Part shown: piece by piece, positions 7,629 to 17,000 of the stretch
Layout: each line of letters begins with the position of its first letter
How positions within the stretch are numbered: position 1 is the first letter of the stretch
Assembly (NCBI GenBank): GCA_964509975.1
Contig: CAZDZO010000001.1
Span: 4,006-68,005, forward strand
Source of the DNA: an uncultured Candidatus Peribacteria bacterium
GTDB lineage: Bacteria > Patescibacteriota > Gracilibacteria > UBA4473
DNA: 64,000 nt
Direction: 5' to 3'
Translations under genes and position numbers: made by a program
Notes under the pieces: generated by a model
What the model saw: only the letters and a program-made list of their open reading frames with translations
Told to the model about the DNA's origin: nothing
Database searches by the model: none

Positions 7629-7985
7629 CTAGAATCCCAAACTATCCTTTGTTTTTTCTGTCGATTCTTGCAGGTTTTCAATAGCTTTTTGCGTGTCTTC
7701 GATTGCCTGCTTTGTCTCCATTACAGAAGTTTCTATTTCTTCAAATTTCGCTGTCCCTTCTTCGACTTTTGCCTCAAGAGACTTTGTCAGTGTTGATAAT
7801 TTTTTTTCTAACTTTTCTTTCTGACTCAAAAGTTCTTTAATCTCAATATCTTTAAAAAGCTCCACGCCAAATTCATTTTCCAAAAAAAGCTGAGCCTTTT
7901 TCCAAGCCCCTTCTAAGTCCACATTATTTGACATCAAAATTCCGCCCCCGATCAAAACCAGAAGTACGAATAGTCTTTTTATCAT
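7629..7985 (-). CDS. membrane-anchored coiled-coil protein, paralogue B
   Basis: 'MIKRLFVLLVLIGGGILMS' TM anchor. Alignable with 7108..7578 over the N-terminal ~110 aa. Confidence 0.6.
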   Translation of the reverse strand: MIKRLFVLLVLIGGGILMSNNVDLEGAWKKAQLFLENEFGVELFKDIEIKELLSQKEKLEKKLSTLTKSLEAKVEEGTAKFEEIETSVMETKQAIEDTQKAIENLQESTEKTKDSLGF

Positions 7986-7994
7986 ATAAAAAAA

Positions 7995-8315
7995 TTAAAA
8001 AAGTTCTCGTATATCTCGTCCCCGAAAAGATTGCAAGAGACTTGAAATGTCTTTCACTTTTTTAGGAGAAATTCCTGTTTTTTCTTTTTGAAGCAGTGGT
8101 GTTTCAATGGTTTGATGCACTCGTTGAATAATTTCAATCTGTGCCAGCACCACAACCTCCGCTCCACAATGCGGACACGGAATAAAAAACTCAATATTCT
8201 TAGAACTCACTCTCATGATATCTATTTCGGCTTCATCAAAAAAAGTTCCACATTCTGGACAGGGTACATCTGTTCGTATCCGATCTATGATTTGTTGAAA
8301 ATGTGAAAATTTCAT
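7995..8315 (-). CDS. small zinc-ribbon protein
   Basis: Paired CxxC motifs: 'CPECGTFF' and 'CPHCGAEV'. Confidence 0.5.
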   Translation of the reverse strand: MKFSHFQQIIDRIRTDVPCPECGTFFDEAEIDIMRVSSKNIEFFIPCPHCGAEVVVLAQIEIIQRVHQTIETPLLQKEKTGISPKKVKDISSLLQSFRGRDIRELF

Positions 8316-8366
8316 GCCTTCATAATTGTGAAGGGCAAAAAAACAAAAGGCAAATTCTTTTATTTT

Positions 8367-8396
8367 GGGATCCGGATCCGAGGTCGGATCCGGATC
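8367..8396. repeat. GGATCC-family element, 30-nt short form, intergenic
   Basis: GGATCCGGATCC-GAGGTC-GGATCCGGATCC. Confidence 0.9.
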
Positions 8397-8405
8397 CCAA
8401 AATAT

Positions 8406-10847
8406 CTAATAACTCAACGCATCTCTAAACTCTTGTCGGGTCACTTCTCTTCCAAAATCAACACTTCGTCCTGTCACTTTCTTCACCATCGCCGTTGCAT
8501 CGCGCGGTATCACTCCTGCTGTCGGATGAAAGAATGGAGCAATTGAATACCCATCTCGATAACTCAGCAACGCTGCGGAGAAAAACCAATCTCGAGAACT
8601 GACATCTGAAAAAGGATTTTTTCCGGGCATTATTCTCGCGCGTTCTATTGTATAAACGAATGTCGGGACGCCTTCCATTTTCACGTCCTTGAGTCGAAAG
8701 GTAAGTCCTGACAGATATGGTTCATAAAGAAAATAAAACATTCCCGCCCGTGACAATGTTCTATCAGGAAACGCTATTTTTTCTCCATGCTGTTGTCTCA
8801 TATATCGGTACAACACTTTATTATCAGGTCTGACTTCCGTTGGATGCATTGTCTTTGTATTGGGCTCATACCCAGGATACCATTGAGAAGCAGCGACTCT
8901 TTTTTCATAAGAATCAAGTGACACTGTTCTGTTTTGGTATGTACTATTTGGCGTTGGGTTGTCTTGGGGATTTACTGGATCGGCATTGAGAACATATTTC
9001 GAAACCCACACCGGAAAGTGCAACAAATCCTCATTTCCGAATCGATCAATCACCCGCAAAGAAATTTGTTTTTCTCCGGGAGTTGTAAATGTTTTTTTCA
9101 CTTTCTCAGATCCAACGACCACTTTTACTCCCTTGGAAATCAGATCACTTGTTCCACGATAATCAAAATCCCACGCGTACCTGAGTTCTTGTCCGACACT
9201 GTCAGATGCATCAAATTCAAAAACTGTCTTCGTGTCTCCATATCGTCGATTCGCTTTTACACGAGCTTTAACGGATTGCGTCTCTGGAAACACCGTAACC
9301 ATACGAGCCACAGCGTGTACTTTTCCACTTGAATCTTGTGTTTGCATTCGTGCGACATATTGTCCCGCTTCTCTATATCGCCATTCAAATGAAGTCAGGT
9401 GTCTGAATCGATTATCCCATTTTCCGTCTCCATCAGCGTCGAATCGCACCTTTATTCGAGAGTTTGGTGTTTGAGAATCTTGTATCTTTGGAAAGAAATG
9501 CACTTTTTGCCCTACGTAAATATATCGCTGATCTACGGTAAAATTTCCATGAGGTGCTGTACTCGCCACCACTTGTAGAGGGACTGTTGCATCTGTCGAA
9601 ACAAGATCTCGGTTTTGCACCTGCACAACTGGTTTATATTTCCCTTGTCGAGAGAAGACATGCTCTACTCGTGAGTTATTATGAAAAGGAGTATCCCAAT
9701 TTCCATCTCCTTCAAAATCCCATCGGTAGGTAAACCCACCACTTCCACCACTCTGTTGACGAATGCTGGCAGTGAGCACCACTTTGTCTCCGGCCACTAC
9801 CTTAAAAAAAGTTTGTTTTTCTTGTCCAGAAGTAAAGTACGTTCCTCGTGTTCTATTTTGTACACGTAATTCTGCTCGATAATCGAGCGGGTCTTCTTTC
9901 GTTTCCACAATAACGAGTGTCTCTTCGCATTTTGGTTGTGCTCGATCATAACAAGTCCGCACGCGCACTTCGTGTTTTCCTGGAGCATCAAACTTTTTAA
10001 ATACCACATCTTTTCCTTTGATAAATTGTTCCCCTGCAAAACCCCACTCCATCCATGCATGTGCTGGAACTCGAGAATTTGAAGCATCAAATCGAAACAC
10101 GGTATCCTCCGTAAATCCCTTTTTCCCAGGAGAAACATCTACAATCGGAGCAACTACTACGGGAGATGATATCCTCATTTTTGGCCACGTTTCCCTCAGC
10201 ATTGTTCGACGAATCGCTGCACCTCCCTTTGAAGACAAATTCTCAATTCCTCGTATTCGCTTCACCGTTCCGTCTACAAATTTCACTTCCACCGTCGGTG
10301 AAACCTGTCCCACCTCATGAAGGGAGTAGGTGTGAGTGACAATCTTTTGTCGTGAATAAGATGTATCAAATCGTCCATCAGAATTAAAGTCCCATCGAGC
10401 TTGCACCGTGTCTTTGTCTTCCGTTCTCGGTAATGACACTTTGAGTTCAAAGTACGCTGGTTCTCCGGCCCTAATCTTTGTTGGCCGCACAGAAATCCAC
10501 GCTTTTCTATAAATATCTCCGACAACTTTATACGATCGATATGTTGACTGTATTTGCGACGTGTTTCGTTCTCTCACCTGGAGTCGAGCCCTCTGTGTTC
10601 CAATATTCATTGGAATGTATTTTTGACGAGATTTCGTAGACCAGTCTGTCCATGATTCTCCTCCCTTAAATTGGAATCGATATTCCAGTCCACCTTTGCG
10701 TCCTTGGGAGTTAAGAGAGTCTGACGCATCAAATGCAAACTCCTTGGCAATCTGCCCAGTCGCCGGACTGACGGTTAAATTCGCCGTCGGCAGGGTTGAT
10801 GCCCACGCAGTGTTGCAGAAGAAAAAGGAGAAAATACTCAAAATCAT
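8406..10847 (-). CDS. secreted PKD-repeat protein with C-terminal SLH-like domain
   Basis: Signal peptide 'MILSIFSFFFCNTAWA'. Repeated PKD-type motifs ('FAFDASDSLN', 'FRFDASNSRV', 'YRWDFEGDGNWD', 'FEFDASDSVGQELRYAWDFDY'). C-terminal 'FSDVSSRDWFFSAALLSYRDG'. Confidence 0.7.
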   Translation of the reverse strand: MILSIFSFFFCNTAWASTLPTANLTVSPATGQIAKEFAFDASDSLNSQGRKGGLEYRFQFKGGESWTDWSTKSRQKYIPMNIGTQRARLQVRERNTSQIQSTYRSYKVVGDIYRKAWISVRPTKIRAGEPAYFELKVSLPRTEDKDTVQARWDFNSDGRFDTSYSRQKIVTHTYSLHEVGQVSPTVEVKFVDGTVKRIRGIENLSSKGGAAIRRTMLRETWPKMRISSPVVVAPIVDVSPGKKGFTEDTVFRFDASNSRVPAHAWMEWGFAGEQFIKGKDVVFKKFDAPGKHEVRVRTCYDRAQPKCEETLVIVETKEDPLDYRAELRVQNRTRGTYFTSGQEKQTFFKVVAGDKVVLTASIRQQSGGSGGFTYRWDFEGDGNWDTPFHNNSRVEHVFSRQGKYKPVVQVQNRDLVSTDATVPLQVVASTAPHGNFTVDQRYIYVGQKVHFFPKIQDSQTPNSRIKVRFDADGDGKWDNRFRHLTSFEWRYREAGQYVARMQTQDSSGKVHAVARMVTVFPETQSVKARVKANRRYGDTKTVFEFDASDSVGQELRYAWDFDYRGTSDLISKGVKVVVGSEKVKKTFTTPGEKQISLRVIDRFGNEDLLHFPVWVSKYVLNADPVNPQDNPTPNSTYQNRTVSLDSYEKRVAASQWYPGYEPNTKTMHPTEVRPDNKVLYRYMRQQHGEKIAFPDRTLSRAGMFYFLYEPYLSGLTFRLKDVKMEGVPTFVYTIERARIMPGKNPFSDVSSRDWFFSAALLSYRDGYSIAPFFHPTAGVIPRDATAMVKKVTGRSVDFGREVTRQEFRDALSY

Positions 10848-10913
10848 TCAGGTTATTATACCTTTAATAAAAGAAAAAGTCAACGGTTTTGCAGCTTAAA
10901 ACCGCGTCTCTCC

Positions 10914-10940
10914 TGTCATCCTCGCTTGGCGAGGATCCTG
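10914..10940 (+). repeat. TGTCATCC-type hairpin repeat
   Basis: TGTCATCCTCGCTTGGCGAGGATCCTG, with stem ATCCTCGC/GCGAGGAT. Confidence 0.55.
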
Positions 10941-11024
10941 TTACTTAGTATCGTTCATTTTGAGTAAAACGAATTATTCTGACACAGGTTCTTCAATGCT
11001 TCTGCAAAAACGATAACTCTCCTT

Positions 11025-11073
11025 GGGATTGTTCCCCGACTTGATCGGAGACCGGCTCTCAGCGACAATAACG
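11025..11073 (-). repeat. hairpin repeat in inverse orientation (GTCGCTGAGAGCCGGTCTCCGATCAAGTCGGGGAAC on the minus strand)
   Basis: Same style of terminus plus internal hairpin as the GTCAT family. Assignment to that family is tentative. Confidence 0.35.
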
Positions 11074-11144
11074 ATTTTGTTTTAATATTGTTCGTCTCTC
11101 TCAACTATTTTCTGTAAACTCTATTCGAAATTTTAAAAAAACAC

Positions 11145-12407
11145 ATGAACATCCACACGCGAACACTCAAAAACGGCCTCCAACTTCAAGCCGTTGAAAT
11201 GAAGGGAACCAATGTTATCACTACGTTAATCTTGGTCGGAGCCGGCTCAAGATATGAAGATATGCCGATCGCAGGAATTTCTCACTTTCTCGAGCACATG
11301 TTCTTCAAAGGCGCCAAAAAATACGATACTCCAAAAGCCGTTGCCGAAGCAGTAGACAGTTTTGGGGGAGAATTCAATGCCTTTACCGGCAAAGAATACG
11401 CCGGATACTACGTAAAATCAGGACAAGAAAATTTGAAAAAATCGCTCGATGTACTGTCGGACATGATGCTCCACTCGCGGTTCAATCCCGCTGAAATCGA
11501 CCGAGAACGAGGTGTGATTTTGGAAGAAATGGCGATGTATCTCGATGCCCCAATGTATCAAATCAGTTGGGATTTTGAGCAATTAGTATTTGGGGATCAG
11601 CCCTTGGGTCGTGATCAAATTGGAACCAAGGATTTGATTAATTCAGTCACACAAGAGCAATTCAAACAATATCAAAAAGAGCTTTATGTCCCCGAGAACA
11701 CGGTTATTACCGTTGCCGGAGCAGTAGATGAAAAAAGCCTCGACCTCTTGGAACAATATTTCCAATTTGAAGATTTGAAAAAATCACGAGAGCAACTTCC
11801 TTTTGATACAAAAATTCACACAGAAAAATTCAAAATCCGTGTCAAAAAAACAGAGCAATATCATATTTCTCTCGGGATCAGAGCTCTGAGTGAAGAAGAT
11901 GATCGATTCCCAACTTTGAAAGTTCTCTCAACAATTTTGGGAGGAAATATGAGCGCCAGAATGTTTCAAAATGTACGAGAAAAAAAAGGACTGTGTTACT
12001 CCATTCGTACTCAAGTCGATGAATTTACCGATACGGGCTTATTAACCACTCGTGCAGGAGTGAAGCTGGATGACGTCTTGCGAGCGACGCAAGCGATTCG
12101 TGATGAATACGATGACGTTGTGATGAATGGCGTACTAGAAGAAGAAGTAGCAAAAGCTAAAAATTATTTGTGTGGAAAAATTGATTTGAGCACAGAGGAC
12201 ACTGAAGAAGTCGCTCATCATTTTGGGAAAGATACATTGCTGTATAAAAAGAAAGAAGATTTCGATGAATGGAAAACGCGCGTTCGTGCGGTAACAAAAC
12301 CTGACGTTGATCTACTTGCAAAGGAACTTCTGAAGCCAGAAAATCTTCGTTTTGCCGGCATCGGACCGAAGATTGATGAAGAAAAGTTGTTGGAGATTAT
12401 TTCGTAG
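11145..12407 (+). CDS. M16 family zinc peptidase (insulinase-like)
   Basis: HxxEH zinc site in 'GISHFLEHMFFKG'. Length of 420 aa is typical. Confidence 0.85.
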   Translation: MNIHTRTLKNGLQLQAVEMKGTNVITTLILVGAGSRYEDMPIAGISHFLEHMFFKGAKKYDTPKAVAEAVDSFGGEFNAFTGKEYAGYYVKSGQENLKKSLDVLSDMMLHSRFNPAEIDRERGVILEEMAMYLDAPMYQISWDFEQLVFGDQPLGRDQIGTKDLINSVTQEQFKQYQKELYVPENTVITVAGAVDEKSLDLLEQYFQFEDLKKSREQLPFDTKIHTEKFKIRVKKTEQYHISLGIRALSEEDDRFPTLKVLSTILGGNMSARMFQNVREKKGLCYSIRTQVDEFTDTGLLTTRAGVKLDDVLRATQAIRDEYDDVVMNGVLEEEVAKAKNYLCGKIDLSTEDTEEVAHHFGKDTLLYKKKEDFDEWKTRVRAVTKPDVDLLAKELLKPENLRFAGIGPKIDEEKLLEIIS

Positions 12408-12427
12408 TTCCCTCAAAAAAACAACTC

Positions 12428-12510
12428 CCCCCTAGCCCCCCTCCTTGAGGGAGGAAGTTCCGCAAAGCGGAACGGGGGAGGAATTCCCCCGTTTTAAAAA
12501 AGAGGGAGGG
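12428..12510 (+). terminator. cluster of GC-rich hairpins downstream of the M16 peptidase gene
   Basis: CCCTCC-TTGA-GGGAGG, GTTCCGC-AAA-GCGGAAC and GGGGG..CCCCC, followed by a short T-run (GTTTTAAAAAA). Confidence 0.4.
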
Positions 12511-12521
12511 CAATCTATCAC

Positions 12522-12559
12522 TTGATTTTATTTACTATCTGTGGTATAATTAGGAGATG
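12522..12559 (+). promoter_or_regulatory. promoter-plus-start module TTGATT-17nt-TGTGGTATAAT-TAGGAG-ATG (probably leaderless)
   Basis: Extended -10 at 12541-12550, with the ATG only 6 nt after TATAAT. The 18-nt core GTGGTATAATTAGGAGAT is repeated exactly at 57571-57588; the copy at 24985-25002 differs at one position (TATGAT). Confidence 0.6.
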
Positions 12560-13828
12560 GACGTACTTTTATTTCCAACCGGCCAAATTGCTTCAATTAT
12601 TGTGGCATCTCTTATGGGAGCCTTCCTTGGTCTTTGGAGGGAAATGCAAGACCAAAAAAAACATCGTGACAGTTTCATGGGACTACGAACAATGACATTG
12701 CTCTGTTTACTCGGAGCCCTTTCGACAATTTTTCCACAATTCCCGGCTCTGCCATTAATTCTTTTTGGAGCCATCACGGCACTTGTTGTTATCGGTCATG
12801 CTCACGGAAATTTTGTGATGCAGCGAATTGGAATGACCAGTGAACTCACAGCTCTACTCACCTTCTTCATAGGAGTCTTGGTAGGGTTTGAACAGCAGAT
12901 ATTGGCGCTTCTTTTGACTGTGTTTTTGGGAGGGATTAATGCGTTTCGTGACGTACTTCATAAATTTGCAAAAACACTCGAACCTCAAGAATGGATTGGC
13001 CTTTTGCAGTTAGTTGCTCTTTCTGGTGTAGTCTTGCCATTTTTGCCGCGCGAAGCAATTGATCCATGGGGCGTCTTTGTACCTTTCCATGTCTGGCTAC
13101 TCGTCATGTTGATATCTGGAATTGGATTTGTGGGATATTTTCTCATTAAATATCTTGGTGCACGTGGAGGCATTCCGTTGACAGGATTTTTGGGGGGATT
13201 GGTATCGAGCACTGCCGTGACAATCTCTATGGCGACACGATCTAAAGAAACAAATCTTCCTCGAATTTTTACTGGAGGAATTCTGGTGGCTTTAGCCACA
13301 ATGCAGTTTCGTGTAGTCCTTGAAATTTTATTGTTAGGACCAAAGGAGATTTTCTCCTTTCTCTTTATTCCAATTACAATGTCCGTAGTGAGTTCTCTCT
13401 TTGCTGTATATTTCTTTGTAAAATCAAAAAGCAAAAAAACATCTTTTTTTAAAAAACCAGAACGCGTAAAACTGGAAAATCCTTTTGAGATTATTCCCGC
13501 ATTAAAATTTGGATTTATATTTTTAGTAGTCCTTTTTGCACTCGCTTTGGGAAAACGATACTTCGGAGATTCTGGGGTTTACGTTGCAGCATTTTTGTCT
13601 GGAGTAGTTGATATTGATGCGATTGTGCTTTCCTCTTTAGAGTCCATAAAACTCGGCGAACTAAGTAATCAAGTCGCTTATAACGCCATCGCAATTGCTC
13701 TTTTTACCAACACACTTGTGAAGGTGGGATATGTAGGAATCATGGGATCAAAAAGCGTCTTCCGAAAAGTTTCACTGGCTACTGTCGCCGTAACATTGGT
13801 AGGAATCGGAGTTTTCTTATTGACGTAA
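12557..13828 (+). CDS. MgtC/SapB-family membrane protein with DUF4010-like C-terminal half
   Basis: Polytopic membrane protein. N-terminal 'LMGAFLGLWREMQDQKKHRDSFMGLRTMTLLCLLGAL' resembles the MgtC signature. Confidence 0.55.
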   Translation: MDVLLFPTGQIASIIVASLMGAFLGLWREMQDQKKHRDSFMGLRTMTLLCLLGALSTIFPQFPALPLILFGAITALVVIGHAHGNFVMQRIGMTSELTALLTFFIGVLVGFEQQILALLLTVFLGGINAFRDVLHKFAKTLEPQEWIGLLQLVALSGVVLPFLPREAIDPWGVFVPFHVWLLVMLISGIGFVGYFLIKYLGARGGIPLTGFLGGLVSSTAVTISMATRSKETNLPRIFTGGILVALATMQFRVVLEILLLGPKEIFSFLFIPITMSVVSSLFAVYFFVKSKSKKTSFFKKPERVKLENPFEIIPALKFGFIFLVVLFALALGKRYFGDSGVYVAAFLSGVVDIDAIVLSSLESIKLGELSNQVAYNAIAIALFTNTLVKVGYVGIMGSKSVFRKVSLATVAVTLVGIGVFLLT

Positions 13829-14079
13829 AGGGAATTTCGGGTAGTTTTTAAGTGTTCTTTTTTGACGTATCTAAATCCTGTTGAACGGCTATCCCCCGTG
13901 ATTTCTTCGTCCGAAGAACAGGAGCGCGAAGAACCCTTTTGGGGAAGTAGATCGCGTCGTTTTTGTTTTAACGTTGAACGTTATCAACTAATTAAGTAAC
14001 AATTCGAGATGGTACCGTCCCGCCTGTCGGGGCTCTCGTGAAGATTCCCTTCGCTTATTTTTTGTTTACAATATCTTGT

Positions 14080-17000
14080 ATGAAAAACATTTTTCCCTCG
14101 TTCGACCCTCAAAAATCAATTGCTGAACACGAAACCGATATTTTGAAGTTTTGGAAAGAAAACCAAATTTTTGAAAAATCTGTTAATCGTCGTGCCAAGC
14201 GCAATGAATTCGTGTTTTTTGATGGGCCTCCGTTTGCAACGGGAACACCGCATTATGGACACATACTAGCGGGAGCAATTAAAGATGTGATTCCACGGTA
14301 CAAAACCATGCAAGGATACCGCGTCAATCGAAAATGGGGATGGGATTGCCACGGAGTTCCGGTGGAATTTCAGGTGGAAAAGGAACACCGCATTGGTGGA
14401 AAACCGGGTATTGAAAAAATGGGAGTTGGGAAGTTTAATGAACTCTGTCGAAGTGTCGTCTTGCGATGTGCTGACCAGTGGGAATCAACCGTTGATCGCA
14501 TGGGACGATTTGTGAATTTCAAAGACGATTACAAAACCATGGATCCCGAATTCATGGAATCGGTCTGGTGGGTTTTTGGGGAATTATGGAAAAAGGGACT
14601 CATTTATGAAGGAGAAAAAGTGGTCTCCTATTCTCCGAAGCTCGGAAGTCCTCTTTCTAATTTTGAAGCAAATTTAAATTATAAAGATATTGATGATCCA
14701 GCGGTAACAGTAAAGTTTGAGCTAACAGAAGAATCGAAAACATATTTCTTAGCTTGGACGACGACCCCTTGGACGCTGTTATCGAATTTAGCCTTAGCGG
14801 TGAATCCGAAACTCGAATATGTGAAGGTAAAAAACGAAGAATCTGGAGAAAGTTATTGGCTCGGAAAAGGCGTACTTGAAAAATACGGCATCACTCAAGA
14901 GGGAGAATATACGGAATTTTGGAACGAAGTTGAACGACGAAAAGGAAAAGATCTCATCGGAAAATCTTACACGCCACTTTTTCCTTTCTTCGAGAATCAT
15001 GAGAATGCCTTCCAAGTTCTCTCGGCTGATTACGTGTCGGCAGAAGAGGGGACGGGGATCGTTCATCAGGCCCCGAATTTCGGGGAAGACGATGCCAAGG
15101 CCTGTCATGAAAATAACATTGGACTTCTTGAAAATCCGATTGATGAGCATGGATTTTTTAATGACAAAATTACTGAACTCAAGGGAAAATATTTTCGAGA
15201 TGATCCGGAAGTAGAAGGTTCCGTGGATGACAATGCAAACAAGTGGGTCCTTGATAATTTGGGGACGAAACTCTTTATGAGAAATCAAATTCGACACTCC
15301 TATCCACACTGTTGGAGAACAGATTCTGCATTGATGTATCGAGGAATTAAAACGTGGTTTGTTGATGTGCAGAAAATTAAGAAAACTATTTTAGAACAAA
15401 ACCAAAACATTAATTGGGTGCCAGAACATTTGAAAGATGGTCGATTTGGGAAGATGCTTATTGATGCTCCGGATTGGGCGATTAGTCGAAACAGATACTG
15501 GGGAACTCCAATTCCTGTGTGGCGATGTGACGCGTGTGGAGATATCGAGGTGATGGGATCGCGCGCAGATCTTGAGAAAAAAATTGATAAAAAAGTTGAG
15601 GATCTCCATAAACATTTTGTTGATGATATGGAGTGGGGATGTGCGAAATGTAAGGGGAAAATGAAACGTATCGAGGAAGTGCTCGACTGTTGGTTTGAGT
15701 CTGGGGCGATGCCGTATGCGAGTCAGCATTATCCGTTTGCGAACAAAGAAAAGGATGTTGAACTTCGAGAAGTAAAAACAACGAAAGACTGGGAAACGTA
15801 TCATGAGCTTGTAAAAACCGAACTTTTTGAAAGACTTCTTCCTTCTCTTGTTTATGACAAAAATTATCCTGATGGAATAAACCCAAAGACCGTTTCCAAA
15901 ATCTTGTTTTTGAAAGATGAACCGATTGGAGTTCTTTCCTATGGTCCCGCTGATGCATATAATTCATTGAAAGAATATGCCCCCAAGGATTCTCTCTTTT
16001 TACGATTCATCGCTATCAAGAAAGAGTTTCAAGGCAGAGGATTCGGTCACTCCGCCATAAAAGATTTCAAAAGTTTCGGTTACGAAAATAATTTTGAAAA
16101 TTTAATTTTAAATTCTGCTCCTGGTGCCGTAGGGTTTTATGAAAAACATGGATTTGAAAAGGATTTTTGGACAGGACATGCTGAAACAAATCCTGAAAAC
16201 ACCCCTTTTGGAAAAAAATCTGAAATCGAAAATCTGAAATCGAAAATTGCCGATTTCCCGTCTGCTGACTTCATTGCCGAGGGACTCGATCAAACACGTG
16301 GATGGTTCTACACCCTGCATGTTTTGGGATGCGCGTTGTTTGGAAAAAACATCTTCAAGAACGTGATTACCAATGGAATCGTCTTGGCAGAAGATGGACA
16401 AAAGATGTCCAAGTCCAAGAAGAATTATCCAGATCCAAATATTATTTTTGATAAATACGGAGCGGATGCGATGCGATTTTATATGCTCAATTCTCCAGTT
16501 GTAAGAGGAGAGAATTTCAGGTTCGCCGAGAACGGTGTCGCTGAAGTATTGAAACAAATCATCTTGCCACTGCGTTCGAGTTATCAGTTTTTCTCGACCT
16601 ACGCGAACATCGATAATTGGCAACCAACCAAGTTTCTCTTTGTTCGGCACGGGGAAGGCGACCATAATGTCGCTCATATTTATTCTGGAGATGTGAAGAA
16701 CAAACATCACCTGACAGAGAAGGGTCGAGCACAAATTACCGAAACCGCGAAACACATTCGAAATTTTGATGTCCTTGTTGCATCTCCTTTCATTCGAACA
16801 CAAGAGACCGCTGAGATTCTGAAAAAAGAATGTAAATTTGAAGGCGAAATTATTACTGACGATCGAGTGCGAGAACTCTTTTTTGGAAAACTCGAAGGCA
16901 AGCCCTTCCTTCCAAAAACAGAACGACTCTCAAATAAAGAAACCGAACAACCTGAAGCGGTGGCAAAACGAGTGTCTGAATTCATGTCCGATATGGCGCA

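Noticed and set aside
876-8396. Whether the GGATCCGGATCC repeats could be a CRISPR array.
   Set aside because: The units are 12-nt palindromes separated by only 6-18 nt. The copies are scattered over kilobases, several lie inside intact genes, and no cas genes are present. None of this fits CRISPR repeat-spacer architecture.
13960-14079. Possible T-box riboswitch upstream of ileS. 'GAGATGGTACCGTC' resembles the T-box core GGTGGTACCGCG, and an ACGG-CTATCCC-CCGT hairpin further upstream contains an AUC (Ile) triplet.
   Set aside because: I could not fold a convincing Stem I with a specifier loop, K-turn and distal T-loop motifs, nor an antiterminator/terminator pair around the GGTACCG word. 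The match to the 14-nt T-box has several mismatches. An Infernal scan with the T-box model would be needed before calling it.
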